From Candidatus Aenigmatarchaeota archaeon (GTDB lineage Archaea; Aenigmatarchaeota; Aenigmatarchaeia; CG10238-14; SCSR01), in assembly GCA_038998335.1 (NCBI GenBank), contig JAVZHQ010000001.1, positions 64,001 through 128,000 on the forward strand: a stretch of DNA of 64,000 nucleotides, written 5' to 3'. The notes beneath the pieces were generated by a model. The model saw only the letters and a program-made list of their open reading frames with translations, ran no database searches and was not told where the DNA came from. Positions 1 through 10,882 of the stretch are shown here, piece by piece; position 1 is the first letter of the stretch; every line of letters starts with the position of its first letter. The position numbers and the translations under genes are program-made.

Positions 1-303
1 AACTCTTGCTAATTCTATAGCATCTTCTCCAGGAGGACCAACATCAAACTCAGGCGAAGCCAAAGGAGTAAATTCAGCGTTTACAACTAAAGTGCCTTCT
101 TCTGGTGTATCAGGGAAAGGTGTACCAAAATCCATTTTAACTCCAGCTATAACTTCTGTTTCCCCAAGTCTTACTCTTGCAGAACCTTCTGCCTTCTTAA
201 TCATTCCCTTTTCAACTTCTATTTTCCTGAATTCATCAAACCTCCTTCCATCAATTCTCTTCCCTTTTTCTATAAGTTCTAGAGCATACTTTTCTTCCAT
301 CAT
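1..303 (-). CDS. rrp42: Exosome subunit Rrp42 (5' part; runs off window)
   Basis: Manual translation MMEEKYALELIEKGKRIDGRRFDEFRKIEVEKGMIKKAEGSARVRLGETEVIAGVK...PFPDTPEEG...LASPEFDVGPPGEDAIELARV; follows rrp41. Confidence 0.93.
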   Translation of the reverse strand, partial: MMEEKYALELIEKGKRIDGRRFDEFRKIEVEKGMIKKAEGSARVRLGETEVIAGVKMDFGTPFPDTPEEGTLVVNAEFTPLASPEFDVGPPGEDAIELARV

Positions 304-1013
304 TCTACTCTCCTGTACTTTTCTTTCAAAACATTTCTTTGCATCTCATAAATTTTCTTGCAAGCGTTTCTTGCAAGTTCTAAGAGCTTTTCTATTTCCT
401 CTCTAGTTAAATTTCCATCCATTTGCAACAAAGTAACTTTGTTCTTAGAAGGCATCATAGCAAAGGCTAAATCTGCTTCAGAATTTTTGTCTTCTTCACC
501 ATTTAAATCCAATATCAACGTTCCGTCAATCTTTCCTACAGAGCATGCTGCAATTAAATCTTTCATCGGAACTCCAGCACTTGCTAGAGCTAAAGAAGCA
601 GCGTTAATTGCAGTTACTCTTGTTGAGCCATCTGCCTGAATTATTTCAACAAAAACATCTATAGTGGCTCTAGGAAAATCTTCAAGGAAAATAACAGGCT
701 CTAAAGCAAGCCTTATAACTTTTGTTAGCTCTATACTTCTTCTATCAGGACCAGGGGATTTTCTTTCATCCACAGAAAAAGGTGCCATGTTGTATCTACA
801 TCTAACTACACAAGTTTCTTGTTCTTGCAAATGTTTAGGAAAAAGAGCTCTTGGCCCATAAACAGAGGCTATCGCTACAGTATCGCCAAACCTTACTAAA
901 GCAGATCCATCTGCTCTACTCACCACTCCGACTTTCATTTCTATTGGTCTAAGTTCTTCTGGTAATCTTCCATCAATTCTTCTTCCATTTTTAAGCAACT
1001 CTTTCTTTTCCAT
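300..1013 (-). CDS. rrp41: Exosome catalytic subunit Rrp41
   Basis: RNase PH family: RIDGRLPEELRP, YNMAPFSVDERK, QADGSTR. Confidence 0.96.
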   Translation of the reverse strand: MEKKELLKNGRRIDGRLPEELRPIEMKVGVVSRADGSALVRFGDTVAIASVYGPRALFPKHLQEQETCVVRCRYNMAPFSVDERKSPGPDRRSIELTKVIRLALEPVIFLEDFPRATIDVFVEIIQADGSTRVTAINAASLALASAGVPMKDLIAACSVGKIDGTLILDLNGEEDKNSEADLAFAMMPSKNKVTLLQMDGNLTREEIEKLLELARNACKKIYEMQRNVLKEKYRRVE

Positions 1014-1014
1014 G

Positions 1015-1683
1015 CTATTCGCCTAACATTTTTTCTATTTTTTCTGTAAGTCCTATTATGTGAGATTCTTTTTCTATCTTTAAAATCGCTTCTATTGCTT
1101 TATCTTTTCTCTCACCTCTTAACCATATAACACCGTTTTGACCTACTATTACTTCACAACCAGTTTTCTTTTTAATCAAGTTTATCATGCTTCCTCCCTT
1201 TCCTATTATTCTTGGAACTTTTGTTGGAGTAACTTTTATTATTACTCCTTCTTTTAACTTTTTACAACCAACGTCTCTCATAGAAACTTGTACTATTTTA
1301 TTCTTTGGAACTTTCAATATCTTGCAGTAGATTATATCATTTATATCATAATACTTGCTCAAGTCAGTTTTTGAAATGTCTACAAATTCTTCTACACCTT
1401 CGCCTAAGGGCAAGAAAGCAGCGTAAGGAGAATTTATGTCGACACCCCAGCCAGAGATTTCAACCTCTGATACAATCCCAACAACTTTTTGACCAACCTT
1501 TGGAATGTAAGCTCCTGCTAAAGGAATAACAGATATCTCATTTTCTTCTATTTTTGGTATTCCCAAAACTTTTGAATAAACTTTTTCTCCTTCTAAATAA
1601 ACACCTCTTCCTAATTTTTTTCCTTCCCTTTCAGCAATAAATTCTCCCGGCAAAACAATTTCCATAAAGTTTTTCTCGTTCAT
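1015..1683 (-). CDS. rrp4: Exosome RNA-binding subunit Rrp4
   Basis: S1 plus KH domains (VPRIIGKGGSMI, VGQNGVIW); operon context. Confidence 0.95.
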   Translation of the reverse strand: MNEKNFMEIVLPGEFIAEREGKKLGRGVYLEGEKVYSKVLGIPKIEENEISVIPLAGAYIPKVGQKVVGIVSEVEISGWGVDINSPYAAFLPLGEGVEEFVDISKTDLSKYYDINDIIYCKILKVPKNKIVQVSMRDVGCKKLKEGVIIKVTPTKVPRIIGKGGSMINLIKKKTGCEVIVGQNGVIWLRGERKDKAIEAILKIEKESHIIGLTEKIEKMLGE

Positions 1684-2390
1684 ATATCTTCCCTCTTTAT
1701 TATCTTTGATTCAAAGTTTCCGTGCGTTAAAGAAGAAACTTTCTGAAATATTTCATCTTGTAAACCAGCTAAAACTTCAAAACTTATTTCTAGACTACCA
1801 TCGTTTAACCACTTTTCACTTTTCACTTCTGCACTCTTCTTAATTATAGAAAAAACTTTTGAAGCATACTGAGGCGGAATTTTAAACTGTAAAGTAACTT
1901 TTTGAAACTTTATAGGCAAAATAGTTTTTATTTCTTTTAAAACTTTATCAACTTGCAACTCAGCATCAACAAAAGGGTCAACATTTACTCCAACTTGCTC
2001 CATAGCATTCAAAATTCTTTGAGGAGGATGAGGAGTGTTAGTTTGTGGGTTAATTCCTTTTCTTGAAATTATGTTTGCTATTTGAACTTTTTTCTGTTCA
2101 ACCATTTGTCTTCTTTGCTCAGTTGTTAATTGAAGTTCGCCTTCTTTTATTATTCTTTCCGCTACTTTAAAAATATCAGTAGTACCAAAAAACTTTTGAA
2201 GCTCACTTTCAGGCACACATTCTGTGCTTCTTACGTCACGATAAATTGCAGGGTAAGCTAAAATTTCATCCATGCTTATCTTTACCCCTTTCTTAAATTC
2301 CAAAGCCTTAAAAGGGTCTACCAAAATCTCAAATTTTCTTCCTGAAATAAATAGCCTTGAGACTACAGCTTTATCTATACTCACGCTCAA
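1680..2390 (-). CDS. sdo1: Ribosome maturation factor SBDS/Sdo1
   Basis: FEILVDP, QLTTEQRR, INPQTNTPHPPQRI motifs. Confidence 0.95.
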   Translation of the reverse strand: MSVSIDKAVVSRLFISGRKFEILVDPFKALEFKKGVKISMDEILAYPAIYRDVRSTECVPESELQKFFGTTDIFKVAERIIKEGELQLTTEQRRQMVEQKKVQIANIISRKGINPQTNTPHPPQRILNAMEQVGVNVDPFVDAELQVDKVLKEIKTILPIKFQKVTLQFKIPPQYASKVFSIIKKSAEVKSEKWLNDGSLEISFEVLAGLQDEIFQKVSSLTHGNFESKIIKREDI

Positions 2391-2394
2391 AGAA

Positions 2395-3102
2395 TCACTT
2401 TAAAATCTTCTTTATTTCTTCTTCGCTTAACTTTTTAAATCTTTCCCCTTTCTTTATTATTGCTATGTCTATTGCATTTTCCTTTTTCTCTTTTTCTGTT
2501 TTACTAATTATGTCAATCGTTAAATCTATAGCTTCTTTTTCAGTTAAATCGTGCTTCCATTTCTGCTTTAATATTTTATTGGCTATTACTCCACCCCTTC
2601 CTATAGCATAAGCGTGCCATTCGTAAAGCATTCCAGAAGGGTCTGACTCTATTAAGTGTGTACCAGTTTTATCTACTCCACCTATCAAGAAGGAAACTCC
2701 GAAAGGTCTTAATCCTGCGTATAAGGTTGAGAGTTGCATTCTGTCGCCAATAACTCTTGCTAAACTCCAAATGTCTATTGGTTCATCGTAAGTTATTCTA
2801 TGGATTTGAGCTTTTATCCTTGCTTGATTTGCCAGAATTCTTGCGTCAGCTAACAAACCAGAAGCTACTGCTCCTGCATGCTCGTCTATCTTGAAAATTT
2901 TCTCTATACTTTGAGAAACCATAAGGCTTGCTGTTGGTTTTACTGTTGCCAGTAAAACACCATCCTTAAAAACAATTCCTAAGCAAGTTGTCCCTCTTTT
3001 TACAGCTTCCTTAGCATATTCTACTTGGAAAAGTCTACCATCAGGGGAGAATACAGCTATAGTTCTATCATAGCCCATGTACTCAGGCATTATTTCTACC
3101 AA
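2395..3102 (-). CDS. psmA: Proteasome alpha subunit
   Basis: YDRTIAVFSPDGRLFQVEYA signature. Confidence 0.97.
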   Translation of the reverse strand: MVEIMPEYMGYDRTIAVFSPDGRLFQVEYAKEAVKRGTTCLGIVFKDGVLLATVKPTASLMVSQSIEKIFKIDEHAGAVASGLLADARILANQARIKAQIHRITYDEPIDIWSLARVIGDRMQLSTLYAGLRPFGVSFLIGGVDKTGTHLIESDPSGMLYEWHAYAIGRGGVIANKILKQKWKHDLTEKEAIDLTIDIISKTEKEKKENAIDIAIIKKGERFKKLSEEEIKKILK

Positions 3103-3129
3103 TTTACCAACCTCCTACACAAAATTCCT

Positions 3130-3498
3130 TTAATTTACTTGTATTTTAACTTTTTTTAACTTTAACTTTTTTATAGTTCCAGAAACTTTTAAAATCTTTG
3201 GCACTATTCTTACATCACCTAAACGAGAAATTAAACTTAAACAAACTATAGCTTTTGAGACAGATTTTGTGTTTGTTCTTATAACTCCTGTTTGCTTTTT
3301 TTCATCGTACAAATTCTTGATTAACCATAAGCTTGTTCTTGAAATTCCATACTCTCCAAAAAACTCTAACGCGCATTCCCAAAGGGCATTTTCTAAGTCA
3401 GAATAACTTATTGGTTCTTCTGAAATTATTTGAAAAGCTATGTATCTTTCCTTTTCTCTTAAAGTTGGAGGTAAGATTTTTAACTTTTTAATCTTCAT
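3130..3498 (-). CDS. rnp2: RNase P protein Pop5 (Rpp14/Pop5 family)
   Basis: LPPTLREKERYIAF...VSGTIKK; superoperon position. Confidence 0.92.
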   Translation of the reverse strand: MKIKKLKILPPTLREKERYIAFQIISEEPISYSDLENALWECALEFFGEYGISRTSLWLIKNLYDEKKQTGVIRTNTKSVSKAIVCLSLISRLGDVRIVPKILKVSGTIKKLKLKKVKIQVN

Positions 3499-4211
3499 CC
3501 TATCACTTTTACACCAGGGATTATCCAGTTTTTGCTCTTTCTTTCTCTTATTCTTTTAACAATTTCTTGAGGAATTTTTGATACAGCTTGCTTTGCTTCT
3601 TTCAACTCCAGACCAAGCTCATAGCCAAGAGATACTAGCGAATAAGGGTCTCTCATTTCGAAATGATTTATTGCTCCAGAGCAGATTATTAAAGGAGCTT
3701 TATATTTTTGAGCAAGTTTTATGTTTTGCTGAATATTTTTCAGAACTAAGCATCTTGTCTTCTTTGTAGTAAACATTATTTCTCTAAAATTTACTTCTAT
3801 AGCAGTAAAATTTTTTGCAGCAAGTTTTGCTAAAACATGGTTTAAGCCAGAGTCTTGTCTTCCTAACTCAGGATGAGTTAAAATATCAACTTCTGGAGTT
3901 TCACAAGCTTCCCTGTTTAATTCTAAATCTCCACCTCTCACTAACAAAACATCAAAATCTTTTCTTCTTTTAGCTAAAGTTCTTAATTCCCTTAAGTTTC
4001 TTGCTTCAAACCCCAAAAAAATTTCTATTCCAAATTCTTTTTTCACTCTTTCAATTTCAGTTTTTAAAATTTCCTCTTCCCTTTTCTCTAGAGGGTAAGC
4101 AGTAAAGCAAAACCCAGAGTAGCCAAGTTTTTTTGCCATAGAGGCTAATTCCTCTAGGCTTGATTCCCCTCCGCTGAAAGCCGAATGTACATGAAAATCA
4201 AAAAATTTCAT
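3495..4211 (-). CDS. rnp3: RNase P protein Rpp30
   Basis: PHP-like barrel, NREACETPEVDILTHP, NHVLAKLAA; adjacent to Pop5. Confidence 0.92.
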   Translation of the reverse strand: MKFFDFHVHSAFSGGESSLEELASMAKKLGYSGFCFTAYPLEKREEEILKTEIERVKKEFGIEIFLGFEARNLRELRTLAKRRKDFDVLLVRGGDLELNREACETPEVDILTHPELGRQDSGLNHVLAKLAAKNFTAIEVNFREIMFTTKKTRCLVLKNIQQNIKLAQKYKAPLIICSGAINHFEMRDPYSLVSLGYELGLELKEAKQAVSKIPQEIVKRIRERKSKNWIIPGVKVIG

Positions 4212-4281
4212 AATTAGAATTTAATTTAATACTTAAAATTATTCAACATCTTTAAAATTTTTTCCTTCTAAATTCAAGTAT

Positions 4282-4947
4282 ATGCTCGAGCTTTATTTAT
4301 CGAAAGAAGATTTTAAAGTTGGTAGAAGATTGATGGAAGAGGAAAAAATATATCCCATCACTTACGAAAATATGTTCGTCGCAGGAATTTACTGTATACT
4401 TTCAGCAGCAGAAAAACATTCTAAACATGTTCTTGTATACAATAAGCTAGTAAAAACCCTAGATATACCTGAAAAGATTTTAAGCAATAAAGAAAAGTTA
4501 AGGAAAATTGTTTCAGTTGCTAGATTCCCTAACTTAAAAACTGAAAGAATATATAACTTTGCCTCATGGTGGGTTAAAAACTCTTTACCAAAGAGAATAT
4601 TAAAAGACATAAATTCTGGAAGAGAAAAAGAGTTTGAACTAAGAAACGAATTAGCAGAAGAATGTCCTGGTATTTCTTATAAGGGAGCGTCTCTTTTTAT
4701 GGTGAAATGTGGTTATGAAAATGTAGTTCCTATAGATTTGTGGATGCTCAGGTTCTTAAGAAGTTTAGGGTACGAAGTTGAAATACCTGATTACAAGAAA
4801 AAAAGTGGACCCAAACCAAGAGAATACTTAGAGTATGAGAAAATAATTTCAGAAATAACAAGAAAACTTAAAGTTTCTCCTGCATTTTTACAATTTACTG
4901 TTTGGTCAAAATTTTCAAAAATAAAAAATTCAAAAAAATTATCTTAA
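4282..4947 (+). CDS. HhH DNA glycosylase/lyase, 8-oxoguanine (OGG2)-like
   Basis: [29 protein letters not shown] resemble the archaeal Ogg HhH with catalytic Lys/Asp. Confidence 0.75.
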   Translation: MLELYLSKEDFKVGRRLMEEEKIYPITYENMFVAGIYCILSAAEKHSKHVLVYNKLVKTLDIPEKILSNKEKLRKIVSVARFPNLKTERIYNFASWWVKNSLPKRILKDINSGREKEFELRNELAEECPGISYKGASLFMVKCGYENVVPIDLWMLRFLRSLGYEVEIPDYKKKSGPKPREYLEYEKIISEITRKLKVSPAFLQFTVWSKFSKIKNSKKLS

Positions 4948-5460
4948 ACCTCTTGATTTTTTCCCTGCAGAAGTTAAACCTCTAAAAACTCTTTTTCTGT
5001 TTGCTGGTAAACAAATCCAGTTTATTTTTGGGTCAGATTTTATGTTTGGATGGTTAGGGTCAACCAAAATAACTTCAAAGTATTTGTAATTTCCATCTTC
5101 AGCAACATAGTAAGAATTTAAAACCTCTAAGTTTGGAAATTTTCTTTGGGCTTTTTCTTCTGCTATTTGCCTTAAAGATTTCTTTGGAGTGAATTTGACC
5201 AAACCAGCTTTACTTGGTTTTCTTCCTCCTCTTCCGTAAAGCCTCCTTCTTCTCCCCCCTTTCCTTACCCTAACCCTTGCTAAAACGAAACCTTTTTTTG
5301 CTTTATATCCTAAAGTTCTTGCTCTGTCTAAGCGAGTAGGCTTTTCTATTCTTTCAACTGTATGCTGTTTTCTCCATTCAACTAATTTTTCCTTTATACT
5401 TTTCTTTAAACTTCCAGACTTCCAAGCTTCTTTTAAATACTGGTAAAGCCCTTTTACCAT
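4939..5460 (-). CDS. rpl15e: 50S ribosomal protein eL15
   Basis: [41 protein letters not shown]. Confidence 0.97.
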   Translation of the reverse strand: MVKGLYQYLKEAWKSGSLKKSIKEKLVEWRKQHTVERIEKPTRLDRARTLGYKAKKGFVLARVRVRKGGRRRRLYGRGGRKPSKAGLVKFTPKKSLRQIAEEKAQRKFPNLEVLNSYYVAEDGNYKYFEVILVDPNHPNIKSDPKINWICLPANRKRVFRGLTSAGKKSRGLR

Positions 5461-5526
5461 GCTTAAAACCTTATTTACTTAAACATTTAAATATTCTTTT
5501 ATATTAAAATCTTTAAAGGTGATAAG

Positions 5527-5778
5527 TTGCATCCAATCGCGAAAATAATAATTGGTTTGATACTAATAGCAGCAAGCATTTACTACATAATCAACGGAGT
5601 ACCAGGGTACTTTGAACCAGGATGGCCAGCTTTGCTTACAGTATTAAAAGGTGTTATTCCTTTGGGTGTACTATTAATAGGAGTTTTCATAGTTTGGCTA
5701 GAGTGGGACGAGTTAAGGATAGAAAAAGAAATTAAAGCAGAAGAAGAAAAACCAGCAAGAAGAAAAGCTAAAAAGTAA
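5527..5778 (+). CDS. Small two-TM membrane protein
   Basis: Two hydrophobic segments and a charged tail. Confidence 0.7.
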   Translation: MHPIAKIIIGLILIAASIYYIINGVPGYFEPGWPALLTVLKGVIPLGVLLIGVFIVWLEWDELRIEKEIKAEEEKPARRKAKK

Positions 5779-5813
5779 CTCTTTTTACTCTTTTTATTTT
5801 TAAATTTTATTGA

Positions 5814-6845
5814 GTGGAGATTATGGGAGTTCAACTTTCTGGTTTATTACCAAGCAGAGAAGTTGAGCTTGAAGATTTGTCAGGCAAAAAAATTGCTATA
5901 GATGCTTTTAATACTCTCTACCAATTTTTATCGATAATAAGAGATAGAATGACGGGCGAACCTTTAAGAGATAGCAAAGGAAGAATCACATCTCATCTTT
6001 CAGGTTTGTTTTACAGGACTTCAAACCTAATAGAGGCAGGAATTAAGCCAGTATTTGTTTTTGATGGTAAGCCTCCAGAATTTAAGAAAAAAACCATAGA
6101 AAAAAGAGAAAAGTCTAAGGAAGAAGCAAGAAAAAAATGGGAAGAAGCTCTGGAAAAAGGAGAGGAAGCGATTACTTATGCTCAAGCAGCAGCAGCTTTA
6201 ACAGAGGAAATGGTCGAAGATTCAAAAAAGCTTTTAGAGTACATGGGGATTCCCTGGGTTCAAGCTTTGAGCGAAGGTGAAGCTCAATGTGCTTACATGT
6301 GTAAAAAAGGTTCGGTGGATTTCACTGCTTCTCAAGACTTTGATAGCTTGCTTTTTGGTTCTCCTCGTTTAGTTCGAAATTTGTCTATAACAGGAAAAAG
6401 AAAATTGCCTAGAAAAGAAGTTTATATCGAGATTAAACCTGAAATAATAGAGCTAAACCAAGCTTTAGAGGCTTTAGGTATAGACCAAAAGCAGCTTATA
6501 ACAATAGGGATTCTTGTTGGTACAGACTATGCAGAAGGAATAAAAGGTGTTGGGCCAAAAACTGCTTTAAAACTAGTAAAAGAACACAAAACCTTAGAAA
6601 AAATTTTAAAAAATGTGGAATGGAAAGCTGAAGTTGATGCAGAAGAAATTCTTAACTTCTTTCTTAAACCTCCTGTAAGTGATAAGTATAAGATTGAGTG
6701 GAAAGAACCAAACAGAGAAAAAATAATAGAGTTTATGGTAGAGGAACACGATTTTTCTAGAGAAAGAGTAGAAAAAGTTGTTGATAAACTAGAGCAAGCT
6801 TTTGCTTCAGGAAGACAAACAAGCTTGAAAGGTTGGTTTAAGTAA
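5814..6845 (+). CDS. fen: Flap endonuclease 1
   Basis: [35 protein letters not shown]-terminal PIP box QTSLKGWF; start probably ATG 5823. Confidence 0.97.
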   Translation: MEIMGVQLSGLLPSREVELEDLSGKKIAIDAFNTLYQFLSIIRDRMTGEPLRDSKGRITSHLSGLFYRTSNLIEAGIKPVFVFDGKPPEFKKKTIEKREKSKEEARKKWEEALEKGEEAITYAQAAAALTEEMVEDSKKLLEYMGIPWVQALSEGEAQCAYMCKKGSVDFTASQDFDSLLFGSPRLVRNLSITGKRKLPRKEVYIEIKPEIIELNQALEALGIDQKQLITIGILVGTDYAEGIKGVGPKTALKLVKEHKTLEKILKNVEWKAEVDAEEILNFFLKPPVSDKYKIEWKEPNREKIIEFMVEEHDFSRERVEKVVDKLEQAFASGRQTSLKGWFK

Positions 6846-6881
6846 ATTAATTTATTAATTTATTCACTCATATTTGAAATT

Positions 6882-8375
6882 ATGAACATAGAAAAAATTA
6901 TGGCAATAACAAAAAGGAGAGGCTTTATTTTTCCTAGCTCAGAAATTTACGGCGGCTTATCAGGATTTTTTGATTATGGTCCTTTAGGAGTTCTAATGAA
7001 GAAAAAAATAGAAAATTTTTGGCGTGAGTTCTTTGTTAGACAGAATAACATTTATGAAGTAGAAACTTGCACTATTATGCCTGAGCAAGTTTGGAAGGCT
7101 TCTGGTCATTTAAAAGATTTTGTTGATCCTTTAACTCAATGCGAAAAATGTAAATCAACTTTTAGAGCTGATGAGTTAATAAAAGATTTAACAGGAAAAT
7201 CTCTTGAAGGAGCAAAGCCAGAAGAGCTTACAGAGATAATAAAAAAAGAAAAATTGAAATGCCCAAAATGTAAAGGCAATTTAAGCGATGTTAGAATTTT
7301 TAACCTAATGCTTTCAACCCAAGTTGGGCCAGTAAAAGGAAGTATAGCTTACCTAAGACCTGAAACTGCTCAAGGAATTTTTGTAAATTTCAAGAATATT
7401 TTTAACTCGACAAGAGCAAAACTTCCTTTTGGTGTAGCTCAAGTAGGAACTTCTTATAGAAATGAAATTTCTCCAAGACAATTTCTCTCAAGGATGAGAG
7501 AGTTTAGGCAGATGGAGATAGAGTATTTCTTTAACCCAGAAAAAGCAAATGAGTTTGAAAAGTTTGAAGAAGTTGCAAAAACAAAAATAAGAATTCTAAC
7601 AAGAGAAGAACAGAAAAAAGGGGGAAAAGTCTTAGAAATTACTGCAGGAGAAGCTGTGAAACAAAAAATTTTACCGAATAAAATTATGGGTTATTTTCTA
7701 GCAAAAGAATTTTTATGGTACCAAAAGCTTGGAATCCCTTTTAATTCTTTAAGGTTTAGGCACATGCTTCCTGAAGAAACACCACATTATTCTAAAGGAA
7801 ACTTTGATTTAGAGATAGAGTTTGACTTTGGTTGGAAGGAAGTTGTTGGAAATGCTTACAGAAGCGATTATGACTTAAGCTCGCACGCAAAACTTTCTGG
7901 AGAAGATTTTTCAGTATTAGAAGACGGAAAGAAAATAATTCCTCATGTTGTTGAACCAAGTTTTGGAATAGACAGAACAATTTATGCAATTTTGCTCCAT
8001 TGTTTTGTTGAGGATAAGAAAAGAGGTTGGGATTGGTTCAGATTTCCACCAAGAATTGCTCCTTATAGTGTAGCAATCTTTCCTTTGGTAAGCAAGGATA
8101 ATTTACCGGAAAAAGCTAAGGAAGTTTTTTCTCAACTCAAGAATTGCTTTGAAGTTTTTTATGACGAATCAGGAAGCATAGGAAAAAGATACGCAAGGGC
8201 AGATGAAATAGGCGTGCCTTTTGCTGTTACAATAGATTACCAAACTTTAAAAGATAACACAGTTACCATTCGCTCAAGAGATACGACAGAACAAGTTAGA
8301 GTAAAGATAGAAAATTTAGCGAATATTATCTGGAAATTAGTTTACGAGGAAGCGAGTTTGAAAGAAGTAATTTAA
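6882..8375 (+). CDS. glyS: Glycine--tRNA ligase (alpha2 type)
   Basis: YLRPETAQG, RNEISPR, VEPSFGIDR, SGSIGKRYARADEIG. Confidence 0.96.
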   Translation: MNIEKIMAITKRRGFIFPSSEIYGGLSGFFDYGPLGVLMKKKIENFWREFFVRQNNIYEVETCTIMPEQVWKASGHLKDFVDPLTQCEKCKSTFRADELIKDLTGKSLEGAKPEELTEIIKKEKLKCPKCKGNLSDVRIFNLMLSTQVGPVKGSIAYLRPETAQGIFVNFKNIFNSTRAKLPFGVAQVGTSYRNEISPRQFLSRMREFRQMEIEYFFNPEKANEFEKFEEVAKTKIRILTREEQKKGGKVLEITAGEAVKQKILPNKIMGYFLAKEFLWYQKLGIPFNSLRFRHMLPEETPHYSKGNFDLEIEFDFGWKEVVGNAYRSDYDLSSHAKLSGEDFSVLEDGKKIIPHVVEPSFGIDRTIYAILLHCFVEDKKRGWDWFRFPPRIAPYSVAIFPLVSKDNLPEKAKEVFSQLKNCFEVFYDESGSIGKRYARADEIGVPFAVTIDYQTLKDNTVTIRSRDTTEQVRVKIENLANIIWKLVYEEASLKEVI

Positions 8376-8722
8376 GCAGCCTTTCCTCTAAAAACTCTGG
8401 CAAAATCAGGAGTTATTATTAAGAAATCTTCATCTACTCCTACCATATCACCGTTCATAGCCAAGCAAGTTTTCTTTAATCTCTCTACACATCTTTTCAA
8501 CTCGTTTATGTCCTTATTTCTTAAATCTTTTATTTTAAGAAAAACAACATTCCCTTCTCTCAAAAGCTGTTGAACTTTTTCTGTATCTACAAAACCTGTA
8601 AGGTTTTCAACTTTTATTTTTATCCTTTTATCTTCCTCTAATAGGCTTGTGTCTAACTCTACAAATTCCTCTTTCTCTTCTTTTACTGGTTTGATTTTCT
8701 GGAGAAGGTCTTTTAGCGCCAT
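8372..8722 (-). CDS. sepF: Cell division protein SepF (archaeal)
   Basis: LREGNVVFLKI...GDMVGVDEDFLIITP pattern. Confidence 0.85.
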   Translation of the reverse strand: MALKDLLQKIKPVKEEKEEFVELDTSLLEEDKRIKIKVENLTGFVDTEKVQQLLREGNVVFLKIKDLRNKDINELKRCVERLKKTCLAMNGDMVGVDEDFLIITPDFARVFRGKAA

Positions 8723-8760
8723 TCTAATCTAATTATAAATTATTTTTTAACTTTAAATAT

Positions 8761-9024
8761 TTAGCTCAAGTTTCTTCTTATTCCTTCTAACAAACTAACA
8801 ACATTCCATATTTGTGTTCTTGTGTACATCGGCATGTTCGGATCATTGATTATTTCGTCTAAAATACTTATGGCGGTGCTTATTTTAACTTCTGGTGCTT
8901 CGTTGCTGTTCAAAGCATTTTTTGAATCTTCTGCAGCTTTTCTTATGTTTTTTGGCACAGTTCTATCGTTTATTATTTTATCAAGCAATGCAATCGCTTG
9001 TTCCATCTCTTTCATATCCATCAC
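8761..9024 (-). CDS. UPF0147 family protein
   Basis: DRTVPKNIR, DPNMPMYTRTQIWNVVSLLE. Confidence 0.9.
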   Translation of the reverse strand: MMDMKEMEQAIALLDKIINDRTVPKNIRKAAEDSKNALNSNEAPEVKISTAISILDEIINDPNMPMYTRTQIWNVVSLLEGIRRNLS

Positions 9025-9362
9025 TTCAAGACATCCTTTAACTTATTTTGTAATTCCTTTAACTTATCTTTTAATTTTTCCTCACTTTTTTCTAAAGCTT
9101 TAATCCTTACTTCCAAATCTTCTTTCATCTCACTTAATTCTTTTTTCAATTCCTCAACAGGTTTTAAAACCATTATTTGCCCAGAAATTTTATAAGCATT
9201 TTTCTCTTTTGTTTGGTTTAATTCTTCTAAGGCCTTTTCTGTTTCCATAACTTGAATTTTAATACTTTCTTTTTGAATCAAAATGGTTTGCAATTGCTGT
9301 TGATAAGCTTGAAATTGTGCTAGTAAATTCTTCGTTTCTTCCGTCATTTCCATAAAAACCAC
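9021..9362 (-). CDS. pfdB: Prefoldin beta subunit
   Basis: Coiled coil with YKISGQIMV hairpin; follows rpoP. Confidence 0.92.
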   Translation of the reverse strand: MVFMEMTEETKNLLAQFQAYQQQLQTILIQKESIKIQVMETEKALEELNQTKEKNAYKISGQIMVLKPVEELKKELSEMKEDLEVRIKALEKSEEKLKDKLKELQNKLKDVLK

Positions 9363-9370
9363 TGATTAAT

Positions 9371-9499
9371 TTATCTTGCTCTTACTCTTTTAATAACTTC
9401 TGGTCTAAGCTTTACAAATACTCTATAACCACAATAAGGACAACGAATCTTTTCATCAACTTTTGAAACTATTCTTTTACATTTCACGCACTTATACAA
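9371..9499 (-). CDS. rpoP: RNA polymerase subunit P (Rpo12), missing from ORF track
   Basis: TTG start, [42 protein letters not shown]; canonical position between eL43 and pfdB. Confidence 0.92.
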   Translation of the reverse strand: MYKCVKCKRIVSKVDEKIRCPYCGYRVFVKLRPEVIKRVRAR

Positions 9500-9501
9500 G
9501 T

Positions 9502-9741
9502 CTATTCCTCCTTTTTAACTATTTCACCTGTTGGATAATAAGCTAAGCCTGCAAATTTTGTTCCACATTTTTTACATTTCCATATCCCCTTTGCAACTCT
9601 TTTAACATAGGGCATGTTACATTTTGGGCAGAGATGTCTTTGTCTCTGAATTTTTTCTATCTCACTTACGCTTGCTCTTATCCTTTTCCCATATCTTGGA
9701 CCAAACCTTCCTGCTATTGCTATTTCTTTTTTTCTTCCCAT
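9502..9741 (-). CDS. rpl37ae: 50S ribosomal protein eL43 (L37Ae)
   Basis: [13 protein letters not shown]...GIWKCKKC. Confidence 0.95.
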   Translation of the reverse strand: MGRKKEIAIAGRFGPRYGKRIRASVSEIEKIQRQRHLCPKCNMPYVKRVAKGIWKCKKCGTKFAGLAYYPTGEIVKKEE

Positions 9742-9745
9742 AAGC

Positions 9746-9994
9746 TCACTTTATTATTTTAAATTCTTTTTTTGAGGTTAAACTTTCAAGTATAAGTTTT
9801 AATTGTTCATCACTAATCTCTTTTTTTATTTTATTTTGCTGGTAAAGTTGAAGTAAGTAAAGCTCAAGCTGAGCAGCAAGTTCTGGTTTAACCAGCTTAA
9901 TTCTTCCCAACCTTTCGAAAGCTTCTTTCGATAGAATTTTTTTTAAAACTACTTTTTTAAGTTCTTCTAGTTGTTTTAAATTTTCTTCATCCAT
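9746..9994 (-). CDS. PDCD5-like DNA-binding protein
   Basis: [20 protein letters not shown]...[10 protein letters not shown]; follows eS19. Confidence 0.9.
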   Translation of the reverse strand: MDEENLKQLEELKKVVLKKILSKEAFERLGRIKLVKPELAAQLELYLLQLYQQNKIKKEISDEQLKLILESLTSKKEFKIIK

Positions 9995-10406
9995 GCTTGC
10001 TCACTTCATAAGCAATATTATCTAAAAACTTTTGGCCTTTTGGGGTAATTTTCCTTCCTTTTCCTGCTTTTTCTACTAGACCAGCTTTTTCTAGTTGTTG
10101 TAAAATTTTTCTTATTATATTTCCTCCAGCTTTTCTAAAATGTGCAGGTTTATGTCCTCTTCTTTTTCTTCCTCCATAGTAAGTTCTTAATCTCTCAACC
10201 CCTATTGGACCGTCTAAATAAATTCTTCTTAATATAGAAGCTGCTCTTATGTACCAAAAATCCTTTTGCTCAGGAGGTCTTTCTCTATGCGAACCAGACT
10301 TAACAAACCTACTCCAAGGTAAAGGTTTTATCTCTTCAAACTTTTTAAGTTCCTCTTTTACTTTTTCTATAAGCTTTTGTGCACTAACTTCTCTTGCTGT
10401 AACCAT
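9987..10406 (-). CDS. rps19e: 30S ribosomal protein eS19
   Basis: [32 protein letters not shown]. Confidence 0.97.
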   Translation of the reverse strand: MVTAREVSAQKLIEKVKEELKKFEEIKPLPWSRFVKSGSHRERPPEQKDFWYIRAASILRRIYLDGPIGVERLRTYYGGRKRRGHKPAHFRKAGGNIIRKILQQLEKAGLVEKAGKGRKITPKGQKFLDNIAYEVSKHG

Positions 10407-10442
10407 ACATATCCTTTAAGGATACAATACTTAAATAATTTT

Positions 10443-10757
10443 TTATCTGTAAGGATATCTGTATATTTTTTTACAGTTTAAGCATTTAACCTCTACAATT
10501 TTTTTCTTGCTTTTTATCCTTACTTGGGAAGAATAGCCAGGGATAAGCAAAGAGTTGCACTTTTTGCAAAACTTTCTTTTTAGTTCTTTTGGGAGCCTTA
10601 TGTTGTACCTTAGGCCAATTTTCCTTGCTAGCTCGATATAACGCTTACTCCTTTCAGGGTATTTTTTAAATTCTTTTTCTGCCAAATCAAAAAGGATTTG
10701 AATTCTTTCTTTTGCGATTTTTTGCTGCCATTTTGGCTTTCCTGCTCTTATTCTCAT
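10443..10757 (-). CDS. rnp4: RNase P protein Rpp21
   Basis: IAKERIQILF, FCKKC...CLNC zinc ribbon. Confidence 0.93.
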   Translation of the reverse strand: MRIRAGKPKWQQKIAKERIQILFDLAEKEFKKYPERSKRYIELARKIGLRYNIRLPKELKRKFCKKCNSLLIPGYSSQVRIKSKKKIVEVKCLNCKKIYRYPYR

Positions 10758-10882
10758 AAATGAAATTAAAGAGAATAAATTTAAGCCATTTTAGTCAAAT
10801 AGCGTCTAAAAATTCTAAACTCAAAATTTAATAAGAAAAAACTTAATAATTAATGTTGAAATCGTTAAAATAAGATGAGTTC

